Assembly (NCBI GenBank): GCA_963829525.1
Contig: CAWHIJ010000003.1
Span: 1,824,001 to 1,888,000, forward strand
Direction: 5' to 3'
Source of the DNA: an uncultured Actinomycetota bacterium
GTDB taxonomy: Bacteria; Actinomycetota; Actinomycetes; JAHEKZ01
Length of the DNA: 64,000 nt
How positions within the stretch are numbered: position 1 is the stretch's first letter; each line of letters opens with the position of its first letter. Shown one piece after another: positions 45,567 to 58,018 of this stretch. A program made the translations under genes and the position numbers. Below the pieces are notes generated by a model. The model worked only from the letters and a program-made list of their open reading frames with translations, was not told the DNA's origin and made no database searches.

Positions 45567-45929
45567 ATGACCACCACCCAACAGACCCAGGATCATCAGA
45601 CTTCAGGCCCATGGGTTGTCCGCTCGTGGATCTCGGTGGCCCTGATCCCGGCCTTCTTCTTGGTCGCCGTCATGGCGGGCTACCTGATCTATGGGCTCTT
45701 CGGCTACACGGCCGAGCAGGCGGATGCCCCCGCCTGGGTCGAGTTGATCGTCGGAATCGTCGCGCTGGCGCTGTTCATCATCCCGTGCGTCGGAGCCGTC
45801 TTCTATGGCTGGCTCGCCAACAAGGCACACGACCGGAGGGGCCTGGTCCCCCTGGTGATCGGCGGAATCATAGGCCTCTGGATGACCGTGCTCAGCGTTG
45901 TCACGGTGATCTCGGCAATGCTCGACTGA
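45567..45929 (+). CDS. Hypothetical membrane protein (3 TM)
   Basis: GGAGGTGA RBS before ATG 45567; three hydrophobic segments; GC-rich third codon positions. Confidence 0.75.
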   Translation: MTTTQQTQDHQTSGPWVVRSWISVALIPAFFLVAVMAGYLIYGLFGYTAEQADAPAWVELIVGIVALALFIIPCVGAVFYGWLANKAHDRRGLVPLVIGGIIGLWMTVLSVVTVISAMLD

Positions 45930-45959
45930 CCTCATCAGGCCTCACCGACACCGCTGGGC

Positions 45960-48839
<2,880 letters not shown>

Positions 48840-48915
48840 GCGCCATCCTCGGTGTTCGATCAAATAGGGCTCGGGTCGTGCAGGCTCGGTCCTGATGCCA
48901 TCACGGGGTGCCGCC

Positions 48916-48937
48916 AGCCTAACCAGACCCACTGACA
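48916..48937 (-). promoter_or_regulatory. RecA-NDp / PafBC-type promoter of uvrA
   Basis: TGTCAG-TGGGTCTGGT-TAGGCT = TGTCRG-N10-TANNNT. Confidence 0.82.
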
Positions 48938-48979
48938 GGTTCTTCCCGAAGCCGGGGCGCGGGCCGGTAGCGTCAGGGC

Positions 48980-49693
48980 ATGAGCCTCGCCGTCCCCCTC
49001 ACGCAGCTGACCGAGCTCGCCACCGTCGAGGCTTGCCTGACCGCCGACCTCGCCGGACGCGACACCGACTGGGCGTCCCGGCCGTCCGGCCTGCCCGGCT
49101 GGACTCGAGCCCATCTGGTGGCCCACCTGGCAGGGAACGCCTACGGCTTGATCAACCTCTGCGACTGGGCGGCTACCGGCGTCGAGACCCCGATGTACCC
49201 GTCACCAGAGGAACGAGCCAACGAAATTGAGCGGCGCGCCACCCTGCCGTGGCCCGACCTGGTCCAGGACGTCCACACCGGGGCCGAGGCGCTCACCGCT
49301 CGCCTGGCCACCTTGAGCGAGCCGATCAACGCCCGCACGGTCCGTCTCGGGTCAGGGGCAGCGGTCAGTTCTGCTGACCTGGCAGCCATTCGTATTCGCG
49401 AGGTCGAGATCCACCGTGTCGACCTCGCCGCCGAGTACCAGCCCGTCGACTGGGCAGAGCCGTTCACAATCCGAACCTTCGGTCAGCTCGCGCCCTTCTT
49501 CCTCAGCAAGCGTGAGGTACCCGCCCAGATGCTCCGGTCGGTCGACTCCGGTCGCTGCTGGGAGGTCGGCGCCTCCGGTCCGGACCTGCTCGGCACCGAG
49601 GCTGATCTGCTCGCATGGCTACTCGGACGACCACACGGGCCGCTCCGCACCTCTGACGACTCCCCATTCCCCGTCGCCCCCGCGTGGGTGTGA
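48980..49693 (+). CDS. Mycothiol-dependent maleylpyruvate isomerase family protein (DinB superfamily)
   Basis: [38 protein letters not shown]; TAGCGT -10 6 nt upstream. Confidence 0.88.
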   Translation: MSLAVPLTQLTELATVEACLTADLAGRDTDWASRPSGLPGWTRAHLVAHLAGNAYGLINLCDWAATGVETPMYPSPEERANEIERRATLPWPDLVQDVHTGAEALTARLATLSEPINARTVRLGSGAAVSSADLAAIRIREVEIHRVDLAAEYQPVDWAEPFTIRTFGQLAPFFLSKREVPAQMLRSVDSGRCWEVGASGPDLLGTEADLLAWLLGRPHGPLRTSDDSPFPVAPAWV

Positions 49694-49716
49694 CCCCGAC
49701 CCACCTGGAGGAAGCG

Positions 49717-50367
49717 ATGTCGTACACCGGAGATGTGGTCGTCGGCGGCCCGGCACAGGTGCGCGAGCTGCCAGCCCTCATCATCAGCAAGGTGGCCGTT
49801 GGCCCATACAACAACAACTGCTACGTACTGCGTTGTCGGCGTTCTGGGGCACAGATGCTGATTGACGCTGCTGACGAGCCTGAGGTCCTGACCGCCTTGG
49901 TGGGCGACGACGGCCTCGAGAGCATCGTGACCACTCACCGACACGCCGACCACTGGCAGGCGCTCACCGCCGTGGTGGACGCCACTCGAGCCACGACTAT
50001 CGCGCATCCACTGGACGCACCGGAGTTGCCTGTTGACACAGATGTCCTCGTCAAAGATGGCGGCACCGTTCGGGTCGGCGACGTCACACTTGGAGTGATC
50101 CACCTCCGCGGGCACACTCCGGGCAGCATCGCGCTGCTCTACGACGACCCAGAAGGGCCGCCGCACCTCTTCACCGGCGACAGTCTCTTCCCTGGGGGCG
50201 TTGGGAAGACGACATCGGAGACGTTCCCCCAGCTCATCGACGACGTCGAGAAGCGGATATTCGACCGGCTCCCTGACGAAACTTGGTTCTACCCAGGACA
50301 CGGCAACGACTCCACCCTCGGAGCCGAACGACCCCAGCTCGCAGAGTGGAAGCAACGCGGGTGGTAG
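49717..50367 (+). CDS. MBL-fold metallo-hydrolase
   Basis: THRHADH, GHTPG, TGDSLF, YPGHG; GGAGG RBS. Confidence 0.92.
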   Translation: MSYTGDVVVGGPAQVRELPALIISKVAVGPYNNNCYVLRCRRSGAQMLIDAADEPEVLTALVGDDGLESIVTTHRHADHWQALTAVVDATRATTIAHPLDAPELPVDTDVLVKDGGTVRVGDVTLGVIHLRGHTPGSIALLYDDPEGPPHLFTGDSLFPGGVGKTTSETFPQLIDDVEKRIFDRLPDETWFYPGHGNDSTLGAERPQLAEWKQRGW

Positions 50368-50491
50368 ACGGGCACTCGGTGTGCGTCAACCTGCCGCCGA
50401 GGGTTTGGGGGCGGCGTGGACCTGGTCGAAGGGTGTGCGGGCCTTCCGGAGGACGCGGGTGGCTTCGGTGGATTCTCCCCCGAGGTATGGG

Positions 50492-50686
50492 TCAGCCGAC
50501 GCGCTCCCAAACCACGATCGTGTTGCGGTCCTGGCTGTACACATGCGCCATTCGGTAGCCGTTGGCGGCCCGTTCATTGGCGGCCTTGGTGAAGTGCCGC
50601 ATGTTGACCGAGCCCTCATTGACCTCGATCTCGTAGGCCGGACCTCCGGCTTTGCCCCCGCTGAAACCACCGATTCCCAGAACCAC
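50492..50686 (-). CDS. Small hypothetical protein (DUF4177-like)
   Basis: AAGGAGG RBS before GTG 50686; ends NERAANGYRMAHVYSQDRNTIVVWER. Confidence 0.6.
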   Translation of the reverse strand: MVLGIGGFSGGKAGGPAYEIEVNEGSVNMRHFTKAANERAANGYRMAHVYSQDRNTIVVWERVG

Positions 50687-50836
50687 AGTGCCTCCTTCGT
50701 GAAGGGCCGACAACGTTGCCGACCTCGCTCACCATCACCTAACTGACCGTTTCAAACATACAGCCGTCCGGCACTGTCCGAGGACGTCATGCAGACCCCA
50801 GATCGCAACCATCGCTTCCTCGCCACGACGACTCGC

Positions 50837-51841
50837 CTAGCGAGTCGGGTCGCTCTCAGAAGAAGGTGACTTGTGACCGTGGAGAGCTCCGCTGTGCGCG
50901 TGCGCCGAGGGGTCACGACTTGACTTGATGAGGCTGGCCACTGTCGTGATGGTGAGCGTGACGAGGATGAAGGCCAGCGATGCGACAGTTGGGATTTTCG
51001 GAACCTCAGGGATCACCTCGTGGAAGAAGGTGAGGATCAGCTTGATCCCGATGAACCCAAGAATGATCGACAGCCCAACGGCAAGGTAGATCAACTTGTC
51101 GAGCAGGTTGTGAAGGACGAAGAACAACGCCCTTAACCCAAGCAGGGCAAAGGCGTTTGCTGCGAAGACCAGGAATGGCACCTGGGTAACTCCGAAGGTC
51201 GCCGGAATCGAGTCGAGGGCGAAGAGCAGATCAGTGGACCCGATCGCTACCAGAACGAGTGCCATGGGTGTCCAGTACCGGATTCCGTCTTTCGTGACCC
51301 GAAGTTTGTTGCCGTGGTACTCGTCGGTGATGCTCAACCGCTTTCGCGCGTAGCGCAGTGCGGCGTTGTCGTCGAGCTCGGCATCCTCGTTGCGATGGCG
51401 GTAGAGCTGCACTGCTGTCCAGATCAGGAAGAGCCCAAAGATCACGAACGTGAACGCGAAGTACTTCAGAGCAGCTGCACCGACGGCGATGAAGATCGTC
51501 CGGAGGACGAGAGCCAGCGCGACGCCGATCAGAAGTGCCCGCTGCTGCAGGACGCTGGGAACCGCGAACTTGGCGAAGATGATCACGAAGATGAAGAGGT
51601 TGTCGACCGACAGGCTCTTCTCGACCAGCCAGGCCGCGTAGTACTGGGTGCCATAGGCCGCACCGGCCTGGGTCCACACGACCACACCGAAGGCAATCGC
51701 GACGCCCACGTAGAACAGTGACCAGAGCGTTGCCTCTCGCATTGAGACATCGTGGGGATTGCGTCCCACGACGAAGTCGACGACGAGCAGCAACAGAACG
51801 AGCGAGACCGTAACGGCCCACGCCCAGAGGGGTACGTCCAT
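50837..51841 (-). CDS. TerC/Alx family membrane protein (paralog 2)
   Basis: EKSLSVDNLF, DLLFALDSIPA, NAFALLGLR. Confidence 0.93.
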   Translation of the reverse strand: MDVPLWAWAVTVSLVLLLLVVDFVVGRNPHDVSMREATLWSLFYVGVAIAFGVVVWTQAGAAYGTQYYAAWLVEKSLSVDNLFIFVIIFAKFAVPSVLQQRALLIGVALALVLRTIFIAVGAAALKYFAFTFVIFGLFLIWTAVQLYRHRNEDAELDDNAALRYARKRLSITDEYHGNKLRVTKDGIRYWTPMALVLVAIGSTDLLFALDSIPATFGVTQVPFLVFAANAFALLGLRALFFVLHNLLDKLIYLAVGLSIILGFIGIKLILTFFHEVIPEVPKIPTVASLAFILVTLTITTVASLIKSSRDPSAHAHSGALHGHKSPSSESDPTR

Positions 51842-51883
51842 GCCTCACACCCTAGCAGGGACATACGAACTATGCTTCGTGGG

Positions 51884-52864
51884 TTAAGAGTTGCCGTCCC
51901 TGCGGCGAGTGTGCCTCAGGCTGGCGACAGCGGTGACCACCAAGACCGTCACGATGACAGCCAGGCTGACCGTCACCGGGATCTCCGGCGCCCATTCAAC
52001 TGGCTCGCCACCGTTGATGAAGGGGAGAGAGTTGGTGTGCAGCGCCTCGAGGATCAGCTTGATCCCGATGAACCCGAGCACGACAGCCAGCCCGATGCTG
52101 AGGAATACCAGCCGGTCGAGCAGGCCGCCCAGAAGGAAATAGAGCTGGCGGAGCCCCATCAACGCGAAAGCGTTGGCGGTGAAGACCAGGTATGGCTCCT
52201 GGGTGAGTCCGAAGATGGCTGGTATCGAGTCGAGGGCGAACAGCAGATCGGTGGTGCCGATTGCCACCATGACGATCAGCATGGGGGTGAAGAGCTTGCG
52301 TCCGTCGACCATCGTTCGAAAGCGATTGCCTTCGTAGATCTCGGTGGTGGGCAACGAGCCCTTGACCCACCCAATCACCCGGTTCTCTCGAAACTCTTCG
52401 CTCTCCTCCTCGTCGTGCGTTGCAAGGTGATATGCGGTGTAGATCAAGAATGCCCCGAAGAGGTAGAACACCCACGAAAAGCGCGTGATCGCCGCAGTGC
52501 CCAGTGCGATGAATCCCGCTCGCATGATCAGGGCAAGCGCGATCCCCACGAGCAGCACGAACTGCTGGCTCTGTCTGGGCACGCGAAATCGCGACATGAT
52601 GATGACGAAGACGAAGAGATTGTCGACTGAGAGCGAGTACTCCGTCAGCCAGCCGGCGTAGAACTGCCCCGCATACTTGCCCCCGAACTCAGCCGCGATG
52701 AAGAAACCGAACGCGATTGCGGCCGCAACATAGAAGGCGGTCCAGAGTGACGCTTCGCGCATCGTGACGGCGTGGGGTTTGCGCACTGCCAGGAAGAAGT
52801 CGAGCGTGAAGACAACGACTAGTCCCACGAGCGTTACCGCCCACAGAGTGCCGTCGATCTGCAC
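51884..52864 (-). CDS. TerC/Alx family membrane protein (paralog 1)
   Basis: EYSLSVDNLF, DLLFALDSIPA, NAFALMGLR. Confidence 0.93.
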   Translation of the reverse strand: MQIDGTLWAVTLVGLVVVFTLDFFLAVRKPHAVTMREASLWTAFYVAAAIAFGFFIAAEFGGKYAGQFYAGWLTEYSLSVDNLFVFVIIMSRFRVPRQSQQFVLLVGIALALIMRAGFIALGTAAITRFSWVFYLFGAFLIYTAYHLATHDEEESEEFRENRVIGWVKGSLPTTEIYEGNRFRTMVDGRKLFTPMLIVMVAIGTTDLLFALDSIPAIFGLTQEPYLVFTANAFALMGLRQLYFLLGGLLDRLVFLSIGLAVVLGFIGIKLILEALHTNSLPFINGGEPVEWAPEIPVTVSLAVIVTVLVVTAVASLRHTRRRDGNS

Positions 52865-52959
52865 TGCACTCCTTCAATGCCAGGGGTTCAACACCAGGGC
52901 GGGATTTCGAGGACGGATCCGGGGGCGCCAGCCAAATGCGGACGACACGCCATTCTGGC

Positions 52960-55074
52960 CTACCCCGGCACTCCGGCCTCACGCATCCCTCTGAGCTCCT
53001 TCTTGAGCTCGGAGATCTCGTCTCGGAGCCGGGCGGCAACCTCGAACTGCAGGTCAGCCGCTGCCGCCTGCATCTGGTCGGTGAGCTGGCCAATCAAGTC
53101 GGCGAGATCAGCACTGGGCAGGTTAGCCAGGTCCGCGGCATGACGCCCAATCTCGGACATCTTCGAACTGAGCCCTGGGACCGGCGCCTTCCCCCGGCTC
53201 TGCGCGCGACCAGATCCGCCGAGCAGTTCGGCGGTATCGGCGACTTCCCGCGCCAGCATCTCGGTGATGTCGCCGATCCGCTTTCGTAGCGGCTCGGGGT
53301 CGAGGCCATGCTCGGTGTTGTAGGCGATCTGTTTGGCACGGCGCCGATTGGTCTCGTCGATCGCATGCTGCATTGAAGGAGTGATCTTGTCTGCATACAT
53401 GTGCACCTGACCAGAGACGTTGCGGGCGGCTCGACCAATCGTCTGGATCAGTGACGTACCCGAACGAAGGAACCCCTCTTTGTCCGCGTCCAAGATGGCG
53501 ACGAGTGACACCTCCGGAAGGTCGAGCCCCTCACGCAGCAGGTTGATGCCCACGAGAACGTCGTACTCCCCCATTCGGAGCTCGCGCAGCAGCTCGACGC
53601 GGCGCAGCGTGTCAACCTCAGAGTGCAGGTAGCGAACCCGGACGCCGAGCTCGAGCAGGTAGTCGGTGAGATCCTCCGACATCTTCTTGGTGAGCGTGGT
53701 GACCAGGACCCGCTCATGGCGCTCTTCCCTAAGCCGAATCTCGTGGATGAGGTCGTCGATCTGGCCAGATGTCGGCTTGATGACGACCTCGGGGTCGATC
53801 AGACCGGTCGGTCGGATGATCTGCTCGACGACACCCTCACCGCGGCCAAGTTCGTAGGTGCCTGGCGTTGCTGAAAGGTAGACAGTCTGGCCGACCCGCT
53901 CGACGAACTCACCGAAGGTGAGTGGGCGGTTGTCCATCGCACTTGGGAGCCGGAAGCCGTGGTCGACGAGGGTGCGCTTACGGGACATGTCGCCCTCGTA
54001 CATGGCCCCGATCTGGGGCACAGTCACATGGGACTCGTCGATCACCAGCAGGAAGTCCTCTGGGAAGTAGTCGAGCAAGCAGTTCGGTGGAGTACCAGCC
54101 GCCCGGCCATCTAGGTGGCGTGAGTAGTTCTCGATGCCCGAGCACGATCCGACCTGCCGCATCATCTCGATGTCATACGTCGTCCGCATCCGCAGCCGTT
54201 GAGCTTCGAGGAGCTTGTTCTGCTGCTCGAGCTCGGCGAGCCGGTTTGCCAGATCGACCTCGATCTCGCCGATCGCCCGCTCCATGCTCTCCGGTCCAGC
54301 CGCGTAGTGTGAGGCAGGGAAGACGTACATCTCTTCGTCTTCGGTGATGACCTCACCGGTCAGCGGGTGCAGCGTCGACAGCGCCTCGATCTCGTCCCCG
54401 AAGAACTCGATCCGCACGGCGTGCAGCTCGTAGACCGGGATCACCTCAACGGTATCCCCCCTGACCCGGAAGGTTCCGCGAGTGAAAGCGATGTCGTTTC
54501 GGGTGTACTGGACGTCGACGAGGTGGCGCAGCAGGCTCTGCCGGTCAATCGAGTCGCCGACCCGAAGCTTGACCATGCGATCGACATATTCCTGCGGAGT
54601 TCCAAGGCCGTAGATGGCCGAAACGGTGGCGACCACGATTGTGTCGCGCCTGGTGAGAAGGCTGTTCGTCGCGGAGTAGCGGAGCCGCTCGACCTCGTCA
54701 TTGATGGCGGTGTCTTTTTCAATGTAGGTATCGGTCTGCGGGATGTAGGCCTCGGGCTGGTAGTAGTCGTAGTACGAGACGAAGTACTCGACGGCATTGT
54801 TCGGTAACAGCTCGCGGAACTCGTTGGCGAGCTGAGCAGCCAGTGTCTTGTTCGGTGCCATGACCAGCGTCGGGCGCTGCAGCCGCTCGATCAGCCACGC
54901 CGTGGTTGCCGACTTGCCGGTTCCGGTGGCTCCCAGCAGCACGACGTCTGGCTCACCGCCACGGATTCGACCCTCGAGCTCGTCGATCGCCTGCGGTTGA
55001 TCGCCACTGGGCACGAATTCAGAAATGACCTCGAAGGGGGCAACGGTTCTGGTGATGTCAGTAGTGGGGCGCAC
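52960..55074 (-). CDS. uvrB: Excinuclease ABC subunit B
   Basis: [40 protein letters not shown]-terminal UVR domain. Confidence 0.98.
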   Translation of the reverse strand: MRPTTDITRTVAPFEVISEFVPSGDQPQAIDELEGRIRGGEPDVVLLGATGTGKSATTAWLIERLQRPTLVMAPNKTLAAQLANEFRELLPNNAVEYFVSYYDYYQPEAYIPQTDTYIEKDTAINDEVERLRYSATNSLLTRRDTIVVATVSAIYGLGTPQEYVDRMVKLRVGDSIDRQSLLRHLVDVQYTRNDIAFTRGTFRVRGDTVEVIPVYELHAVRIEFFGDEIEALSTLHPLTGEVITEDEEMYVFPASHYAAGPESMERAIGEIEVDLANRLAELEQQNKLLEAQRLRMRTTYDIEMMRQVGSCSGIENYSRHLDGRAAGTPPNCLLDYFPEDFLLVIDESHVTVPQIGAMYEGDMSRKRTLVDHGFRLPSAMDNRPLTFGEFVERVGQTVYLSATPGTYELGRGEGVVEQIIRPTGLIDPEVVIKPTSGQIDDLIHEIRLREERHERVLVTTLTKKMSEDLTDYLLELGVRVRYLHSEVDTLRRVELLRELRMGEYDVLVGINLLREGLDLPEVSLVAILDADKEGFLRSGTSLIQTIGRAARNVSGQVHMYADKITPSMQHAIDETNRRRAKQIAYNTEHGLDPEPLRKRIGDITEMLAREVADTAELLGGSGRAQSRGKAPVPGLSSKMSEIGRHAADLANLPSADLADLIGQLTDQMQAAAADLQFEVAARLRDEISELKKELRGMREAGVPG

Positions 55075-55080
55075 ACGTCC

Positions 55081-55102
55081 ACGCTAGCCCCCGACACCGA
55101 CA
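55081..55102 (-). promoter_or_regulatory. RecA-NDp / PafBC-type leaderless promoter of uvrB, embedded in the coaE 3' end
   Basis: TGTCGG-TGTCGGGGGC-TAGCGT-N6-GTG; the TAG is also the coaE stop codon. Confidence 0.85.
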
Positions 55103-55713
55103 GGTGGCTCCTCCCCGATGAGCTCGCGCCACAACCTGGCCACCTTGACTTGCAGATCTTCTAGGCTGCCGCCGTTGTCTACCACTCGATCGGCCATCGC
55201 GAGCCACTCGTCACGGCTTGGCTGGCTCGTCATCCTTGCCTCGATCTGAGCCTCGACCAGTCCACGCATCCGGAGCCGCTCGCGACGTATCTCATCGGGC
55301 GCATCGACGACCACGACGACTGGCTCGTGAAGGAATGGGCTGCGGCCGGGCAGCGGCACCTCGTAGACGAGGAGGGGAGCCCCCGTGTTGAGCGCGAGCC
55401 GCTCAGCGGCAGCCCTGTGGACCAGAGGGTGGATGATCCGCTCAAGCCGGGAAAGCTGGTCAGCATCGGCGAAGACCCTGTCAGCCAGCGCTGCTCGGTT
55501 CAGCGAACCGTCCGCAGAAAGGACACCAGCGCCGAACTCCTCAAGGACCCGCGCCCGGCCCGCGGTGCCCGGCGACACCACTTCACGTGCGAGCGCGTCG
55601 GCGTCAACGACGTGTGCGCCCCACTGCCTCAGGATTCGCCCGACCGACGACTTGCCAGAGCCAATCCCACCGGTGAGCACAACCTCCTGTGGCATTCCCT
55701 TGTCCTGCACCAC
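55084..55713 (-). CDS. coaE: Dephospho-CoA kinase
   Basis: LTGGIGSGKS, DADALARE, IIHPLV. Confidence 0.93.
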   Translation of the reverse strand: MVQDKGMPQEVVLTGGIGSGKSSVGRILRQWGAHVVDADALAREVVSPGTAGRARVLEEFGAGVLSADGSLNRAALADRVFADADQLSRLERIIHPLVHRAAAERLALNTGAPLLVYEVPLPGRSPFLHEPVVVVVDAPDEIRRERLRMRGLVEAQIEARMTSQPSRDEWLAMADRVVDNGGSLEDLQVKVARLWRELIGEEPPVGVGG

Positions 55714-55836
55714 GCCTGCCCGGCCTCCTCACATTGCCGCTCCAGCCAGATCGGGTCGACCGGCCAACGCCAGCCTAGGTCGCGATGGTCGTGCCAAGGG
55801 TCACGACAACCGCGGGCACCGCTACCGTGATCTACC

Positions 55837-56148
55837 GTGACCCAGGTCGACTCAGAGCGCACCTACGACGACCTCCCGGAGTCGGACGTCTCAACGGTGC
55901 TTCAGGTGCCTTTGCTCTGGGGCCAAAGCGGCACCATTACTGCAATTACTGCTCCCACTCCACAACGGGGCGCCCATCGGCGTTCCTCGGGCCGACATCG
56001 CCGGGCGGGGCCTTCAAATCACAGCGGCTCAGCAGACTGGCTCGATCATCCGATGACCCACACGGCGCGCGTAGGCCTCGCTTCGGCGGGGCTGGTCCTC
56101 ATCCTGTTCGCCGGCGCGCTGCTGGCCTTGGCGCTCTGGTTCCCCTGA
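55837..56148 (+). CDS. Hypothetical protein with C-terminal TM helix
   Basis: Fills the gap between coaE and the glycosyltransferase; TACCGT 8 nt upstream; RGAHRR/GRHRR basic motifs followed by a hydrophobic tail. Confidence 0.5.
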   Translation: MTQVDSERTYDDLPESDVSTVLQVPLLWGQSGTITAITAPTPQRGAHRRSSGRHRRAGPSNHSGSADWLDHPMTHTARVGLASAGLVLILFAGALLALALWFP

Positions 56149-56179
56149 GGACCAGCCCTGCGACTGAAACGACTGATGA

Positions 56180-57763
56180 TCAGTAAGCGCCGCGGCGGCG
56201 AAGCACCGCGAGAATAGTCTTCAACATGATCGCAAGATCTAGGGCAAGTGACCAGTTCTCGACGTAGAGCAGGTCGAGTCGGACCGACTCGTCCCAAGAG
56301 AGGTCAGATCGCCCGGAGACCTGCCAGAGCCCGGTGATTCCCGGCTTGACGACCAGGCGCCTCCGCACCAATGAGGCATAGCGGTCCACCTCGGTCGGCA
56401 ATGGTGGTCGGGGGCCGACAAGCGACATGCGACCGAGCAAGACGTCGATGAACTGTGGGAGTTCATCGAGGCTGAAGCGACGGAGGTGGCGCCCGACGGG
56501 CGTGATTCGGGGATCAGCACGCATTTTGAACAGAGTGCCATCGCTGTCATTGAGATGTTCGATATCGGCGCGTTGCTCTTCAGCGTCGAGTCGCATGGTG
56601 CGGAACTTGTGAATGACAAATGGCTTGCCGTGTCGACCGACTCGAATCTGCCGGAACAGCACCGGTCCGCGGGACGTGAGGCCAATGGCGAGCGAGATGG
56701 CAATCAGCAAAGGAGCCAAGACAACGATGGCCATCAGAGCGAGCATCCGATCCATGCCACCCTTGACGATCCTTCGCACGCCGGTGAACTCAGGCTCCTC
56801 CACGTTCAGCAGGGGTAAGCCTGCGACGGGCCGGATGTGAATGCGCGGACCGGAGATGTCGGTGAGTCTTGGGGCCACCAGAAGCGTGACCCCGGATCCC
56901 TCCAGATCCCAGGACAGCCGCCGTAGGTCGTTCTGTGAAACGTCGGACCAAGCAGTCACTGCCACGGTGTCAGCGCCAACCTCTGCGAGCACCTCAAGCA
57001 CATGGTCGCTGTCCCCCATGACGGGGACATCTTCGACCGTGTCACTTCGGGGTCGGTCGATGCATACAGCTGCGATCTCAAGGCCAGCATGGGGCTCGCG
57101 CCGCATCGTCTGAATCAGCTCTGCAACTGATCGCTCCAACCCCACGACCACGACGCGCTGCATGCAGCGCCCATTGCGACGCAGGGAGTGGAGAATCTGG
57201 CGGGCTCCCCAGTGGACGATCAACGAGAGCACCATCGCAGTCGGAAGTCCGACGACCACTACGCCTCTGGTCAGTTCCACATTGAACGCGTACGCCAAGG
57301 TCCCGACAACTGCAAGGAAGACCACGCTGGTGTGGAAGAGGCGCTTGTACTCGTCGCTGCCGTTGCCGATGAACCGATGTTCGTAGGTGCGTCCCATCGC
57401 GAGGGCGGCGACCCATGCCGGTGGGAAGAGCACAACGACCCAGGTGCTGATCGGTGAGGGGAACGCCGTCACAGCGACCAATGCTGCGAGCAGGGCCGCC
57501 CAGGCATCTGCAAAGGCCACGATCAAGGGATAGCGCTTCAACCACTGTGGCTCTCCGCGGGTCACGGGGCCGTGCTGAGCGTAGTCACGCGGATCGGAAG
57601 CGGCTTCGGTTGTCGCACCATCTTGTCTGGCGCGCTCAGCAGAAGCGGGCAGGTGCGTCACAACCACGAGATCGTCTCTGGTCGACGGCATGGTTGTGCG
57701 TGAGTCCGCGCCGGTCGCAGGCTCGTCCGGCGTACCGGTTGCTCGATCTTCGATGTGTCGCAT
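56180..57763 (-). CDS. Polyprenyl-phosphate glycosyl-1-phosphotransferase (priming GT, WcaJ/WbaP-like)
   Basis: N-terminal TM bundle and CoA-binding-like domain; KFRTM, DPRITPVG..LRRFSLDELPQF, MSLVGPRP, KPGITGLWQVSGR; start uncertain. Confidence 0.92.
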   Translation of the reverse strand: MRHIEDRATGTPDEPATGADSRTTMPSTRDDLVVVTHLPASAERARQDGATTEAASDPRDYAQHGPVTRGEPQWLKRYPLIVAFADAWAALLAALVAVTAFPSPISTWVVVLFPPAWVAALAMGRTYEHRFIGNGSDEYKRLFHTSVVFLAVVGTLAYAFNVELTRGVVVVGLPTAMVLSLIVHWGARQILHSLRRNGRCMQRVVVVGLERSVAELIQTMRREPHAGLEIAAVCIDRPRSDTVEDVPVMGDSDHVLEVLAEVGADTVAVTAWSDVSQNDLRRLSWDLEGSGVTLLVAPRLTDISGPRIHIRPVAGLPLLNVEEPEFTGVRRIVKGGMDRMLALMAIVVLAPLLIAISLAIGLTSRGPVLFRQIRVGRHGKPFVIHKFRTMRLDAEEQRADIEHLNDSDGTLFKMRADPRITPVGRHLRRFSLDELPQFIDVLLGRMSLVGPRPPLPTEVDRYASLVRRRLVVKPGITGLWQVSGRSDLSWDESVRLDLLYVENWSLALDLAIMLKTILAVLRRRGAY

Positions 57764-58018
57764 GACCCCCCTCAGGTCGCAGTCAAGAGTCTGCCTTGCC
57801 CGGGGCAGGTTCGTGGGAAGTTCCACTAAGTTTCCTCAGTGATACCCACGCACGGCCCGCATCAATCACCACCTGTCTTGTCAGTTGCACTTTCCGTTAC
57901 TGCGGTGGACATTTCGCCCATCAAGGACGGAATCCCCCAAACGGAGCGGCTCGCAGCGTTCTACTAGCGTTGTCGACAATGAGCGTTGCTACCAGCTCTC
58001 CCGATCCGAGAGGACGAC

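Noticed and set aside
48850-48865. LexA SOS box in the uvrA leader
   Set aside because: Only one half-site (TCGAAC) is present; there is no matching GTTC 4 nt away
52865-52959. yybP-ykoY manganese riboswitch ahead of terC
   Set aside because: The conserved GGGGAGUAG and GAGACC segments are not visible; a covariance search would be needed to exclude it fully
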